Shown: in pieces, positions 60,935 through 64,000 of the stretch
How positions within the stretch are numbered: position 1 is the stretch's first letter
Layout of the letters: the number at the start of each line of letters is the position of its first letter
From: Hemiscyllium ocellatum
Taxonomy: Eukaryota
DNA length: 64,000 nt
Direction of reading: 5' to 3'
Assembly (NCBI RefSeq): GCF_020745735.1
Contig: NC_083431.1
Coordinates: 45,722,496 to 45,786,495, forward strand
Position numbers and translations under genes: made by a program
Notes under the pieces: generated by a model
Database searches by the model: none
The model's input: only the letters and a program-made list of their open reading frames with translations
What the model was told of the DNA's origin: nothing

Positions 60935-62139
60935 AGTCTATTCACTATGTCAGAGTATGGAGGAGTCTGTTCAATAAGGGAATGGTTCTGAAGGGGTGAA
61001 TGTCCATGTTACATTGCCTTTACTCATTTTATTGATGTCACACAGTCTATGGCTGGAGACAAGAAAATCTATTTAAGCTTTTGGAAGAAGCTGGTGTAGC
61101 TGTAGCAGTTCCCTAAGGTCCTGATAATTATACCAGACCAAATATAGTGGTCTTATTGCTACCATGCAATAAACTTCTTCTGTAAATATTGTACAATGAT
61201 ATTGCCTTTACCACTAATCACTAGATAGGCTCAAGATAAAGCAAAGATGAAGGAGGTTTGGTAGAAGTGGCCTATCTCAAAAGTCCCTTACCTAGTACCA
61301 CACACTGATAAATGTGGCATGTACCACAAGAGGCCAAGAGTGGTCATCTAGGAAAATATTACAGGGGCCAACCTGCGTGGAGTATTTGACATGAACACTG
61401 CAGGCAGCGTAATGATGGAGTATCTGATAAAGTTTCAGTGGAAGCACACTCGACTGCCCACTGATTCCGCACTCTTCTCACTCGTCTTTCAAAAAAAATG
61501 AAGGAGGATGTTGATAGGAAGCTCAGTCACATCATCCACAATTGTTCCACAGATAACTGGGATTCATGTCTAACAGCCTCATAACACCATGGACACTTTA
61601 ACAAGTCAGTGTATGTGGGCATTTAATTTGGATACAGCGGTCAAGACAGCAAAAAGTCTCCTGCAAGCCCCCTGGCATTTGAAAAGCTATCCAAATACTT
61701 GGTAAAATCTGAAAGACACTTTCAATAAAGATTTGCAGTCTTGTTTCAGGCCATTGAAGCCAAGCAGGTGGGCTTAACAATCAACAAAAAGCTATGGTTC
61801 AATTTGGGAAAAGGAAAGGATCCTTATTTTAATATTTCAGTTAAGTATCTCCTCCAGTCAGGCCATTATCCAGAATATCTAAGTCACCCATTTCAATATA
61901 ATGACAAATTCATTTCCGGGGAGATCACAAACCATAAAATCATTATTTTGTAAAATTTACATTTGAAAAAAAATTAGCAAAATACAGATGTTTCTCCTTC
62001 AGTATTTTGCCCCCTACTTGTTTGCCTGATGATACAACTTGGGACTGAAGATGTTCCAAAGAGGTGGACCAGCATGCTGCAGATAAGACTGAGCAATTCC
62101 ATAACCAAATGATCAAATCAAAGCTTTGCATTCCTGTTA

Positions 62140-62700
62140 TATCCAGATAGAATGGTGCTGGACAATTAAAAATAAACTAATAGGAGGAGGAAGTTCCAAG
62201 AACATCTCCAACTTTAATCACAACCCATTCGAGAAAGGTTGAAGTATTTGACAAACTGTACAATCGATCCATCTTGGCTTCCTCCTGAGGTACCCATCAT
62301 CACAGAGGCCAGTCTTCAGCCAATGCGATTCACTTCACATGATATTAAGAAAAGGCAGAGCTCACTGGATATTGCAAAGGCTATGGGCCCTGACAACATC
62401 ACAACCTCAATCTTGTTTCCAAAAACTTGTGGGGTCCCTGGCCAAGCTGTTCTGGTACAGTCGAAACACTGGCATCTTTCCAACAATGTGGAAAATTATC
62501 CAAGTATGCCTCATCCACAAAACGTAGAACAGATCTAATCCAACCATTGACCTCTTCATCAGTTTATTTTCCATCATCAGCAAAGTGGTTGAAAATGTCT
62601 TTGAAAGTGATACTTAATCAGACACCACCACTCGATGATGCTACATGTGTGTTCCACCAGGGGTGCTCAGCTTCAGATTTCATTTGGCCTTGGCCCAAAA
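62140..62700 (+). mobile_element. Decayed CR1/L2-type RT fragment
   Basis: LDIAKAMGPDNI..LAKLF..TGIFPTMWKIIQVCLIHK. Confidence 0.7.
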
Positions 62701-64000
62701 TGGAATGCCTTGCAATACTCAAATCCCATGATAAGAAAGCAAGATCAAACTGGTTCTGTCAATGGGCATGTGATTCTCCTCAGCAAGACTTTCCTCTCTG
62801 TTTTAGATCCAGTTATTGTCAGTAATTGGTGTTATTGTCAAAAGCAGTAAAGATTAAAATCTATTCTCTTATCTAACAATACATCAATCTGTATCATTGG
62901 CAGAATTGCTGATAGATATGTCAATTAGTAGTTTCAAGACTATCTATCTCATTATAATTTTCATTGTACTCTAATCAGTATGATCAAATATTCTCAACTA
63001 TGCATGAGATTATGCTCTTGCTGAATTATTTATTTATAATCCAAGTTAAACATTAACAATTTTGATTCATGCACAAGTAGTAGGAGTTTTCTATTTAAAT
63101 GCTAATGTCTGCTTGGTTAATCAATAAGATCGGATTGTGGCCATATCTCCAGTTTCCTGCCTGTCGCCCAGAACACTTAACTCCCCTGTTGTTCAGGAAT
63201 TTATCCAACTCAGCCTTGTTCGTATTCATTGAACACTGCTCTCTGATGAAAACAATTCCACAAACTAACAATTTCCAAGAGAAGTTTCTCCTCATCTCAG
63301 TCTTAAATGGGATTCTTATTTCGAAGCTTTGTCCCTCAATTATAGTCTCTCCCACCAAGGGAACCATCCTGTGAATATTCACCTTTTCATATTTCAAAAT
63401 TCCAATGGGAATTGGCTCAACCTGCTCATAATGATATAAATTTATTTTATTTAAGAAATGCCAGGTCCAGAATAAAGTTGCAAATAAATGAAAATATACA
63501 AAATGCAGAGAGAATTAGAATAAAAAGGATATTAAAAGAGCAAACAGAAAGAAAGAAAGATTCCTGTTTATAAAAAGTGCCTTTCATGACTTCAGAATGT
63601 CACAAATGATTTTACTGCATTGTGAAGTGGAATGATGGGCAGAATGGAGAATACTCGGCAGGCCAAAAGTGCTAATAATCAGATAATCTGTTCTCATGAT
63701 GGTGATTGTGCAAAAACTATTTGGCAAGGCACTGTTCTTCCTCAAATAGGCAAATGAAAAAGTTCCCTCCAGAGAGGGCAGAGAGGAGTCGTCCATCAAA
63801 GGCACCTCTGACAGTGCGGGACTCCTTCAGTTCTGCACTGGTGTGTCAGCATTGCATTTTGTACTCACTCTGTTGTAGATCTTTAATCCACAGCCTTGGA
63901 AGAGCAATAAAACCATTTTAATACCATGACAACGTTATCATAGCACTTTGCACTTACGGCTGGTTTATGAGCTGTCTCAGCAAAGTATGAGCAGGAGATA

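Overview
Eukaryotic, repeat-rich vertebrate DNA, almost certainly from a cartilaginous fish: HE1/V-SINE-type SINEs, CR1/HER1-type LINEs and shark-type Penelope-like repeats dominate. A carpet-shark origin is my guess only. The window is part of a tandem cytochrome P450 family-2 cluster whose proteins look most like CYP2D. (A) A minus-strand gene of which exons 1-3 lie in the window (7447-888; the rest runs off the left edge). (B) A complete, intact 9-exon plus-strand gene (30055-46456, 1518 nt, 505 aa). A 5.3-kb microhomology-joined tandem duplication (22802-28132 / 28129-33431) gives it a second upstream promoter and exon 1 (24749-24955) encoding an identical peptide. (C) Exon 1 of a third plus-strand paralog (58496-58702). 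Between A and B lies an orphan, antisense exon 9 split by a Penelope-like insertion, and a piece of it was duplicated. The rest is mostly transposon debris: fold-back Penelope-like insertions with target-site duplications, solo LTRs, a decayed near-full-length Tx1-type LINE and many CR1 3' ends. The most notable signals are (1) minimal hammerhead-ribozyme cores in three different Penelope-like repeat families, (2) the duplicated first exon with only silent changes, (3) CYP2D-diagnostic features in a fish-type genome, and (4) an intronic 77-nt antisense copy of the exon-9 acceptor/heme-Cys region. All calls come from manual reading; no database searches were run, and TE boundaries are approximate unless a TSD is given.
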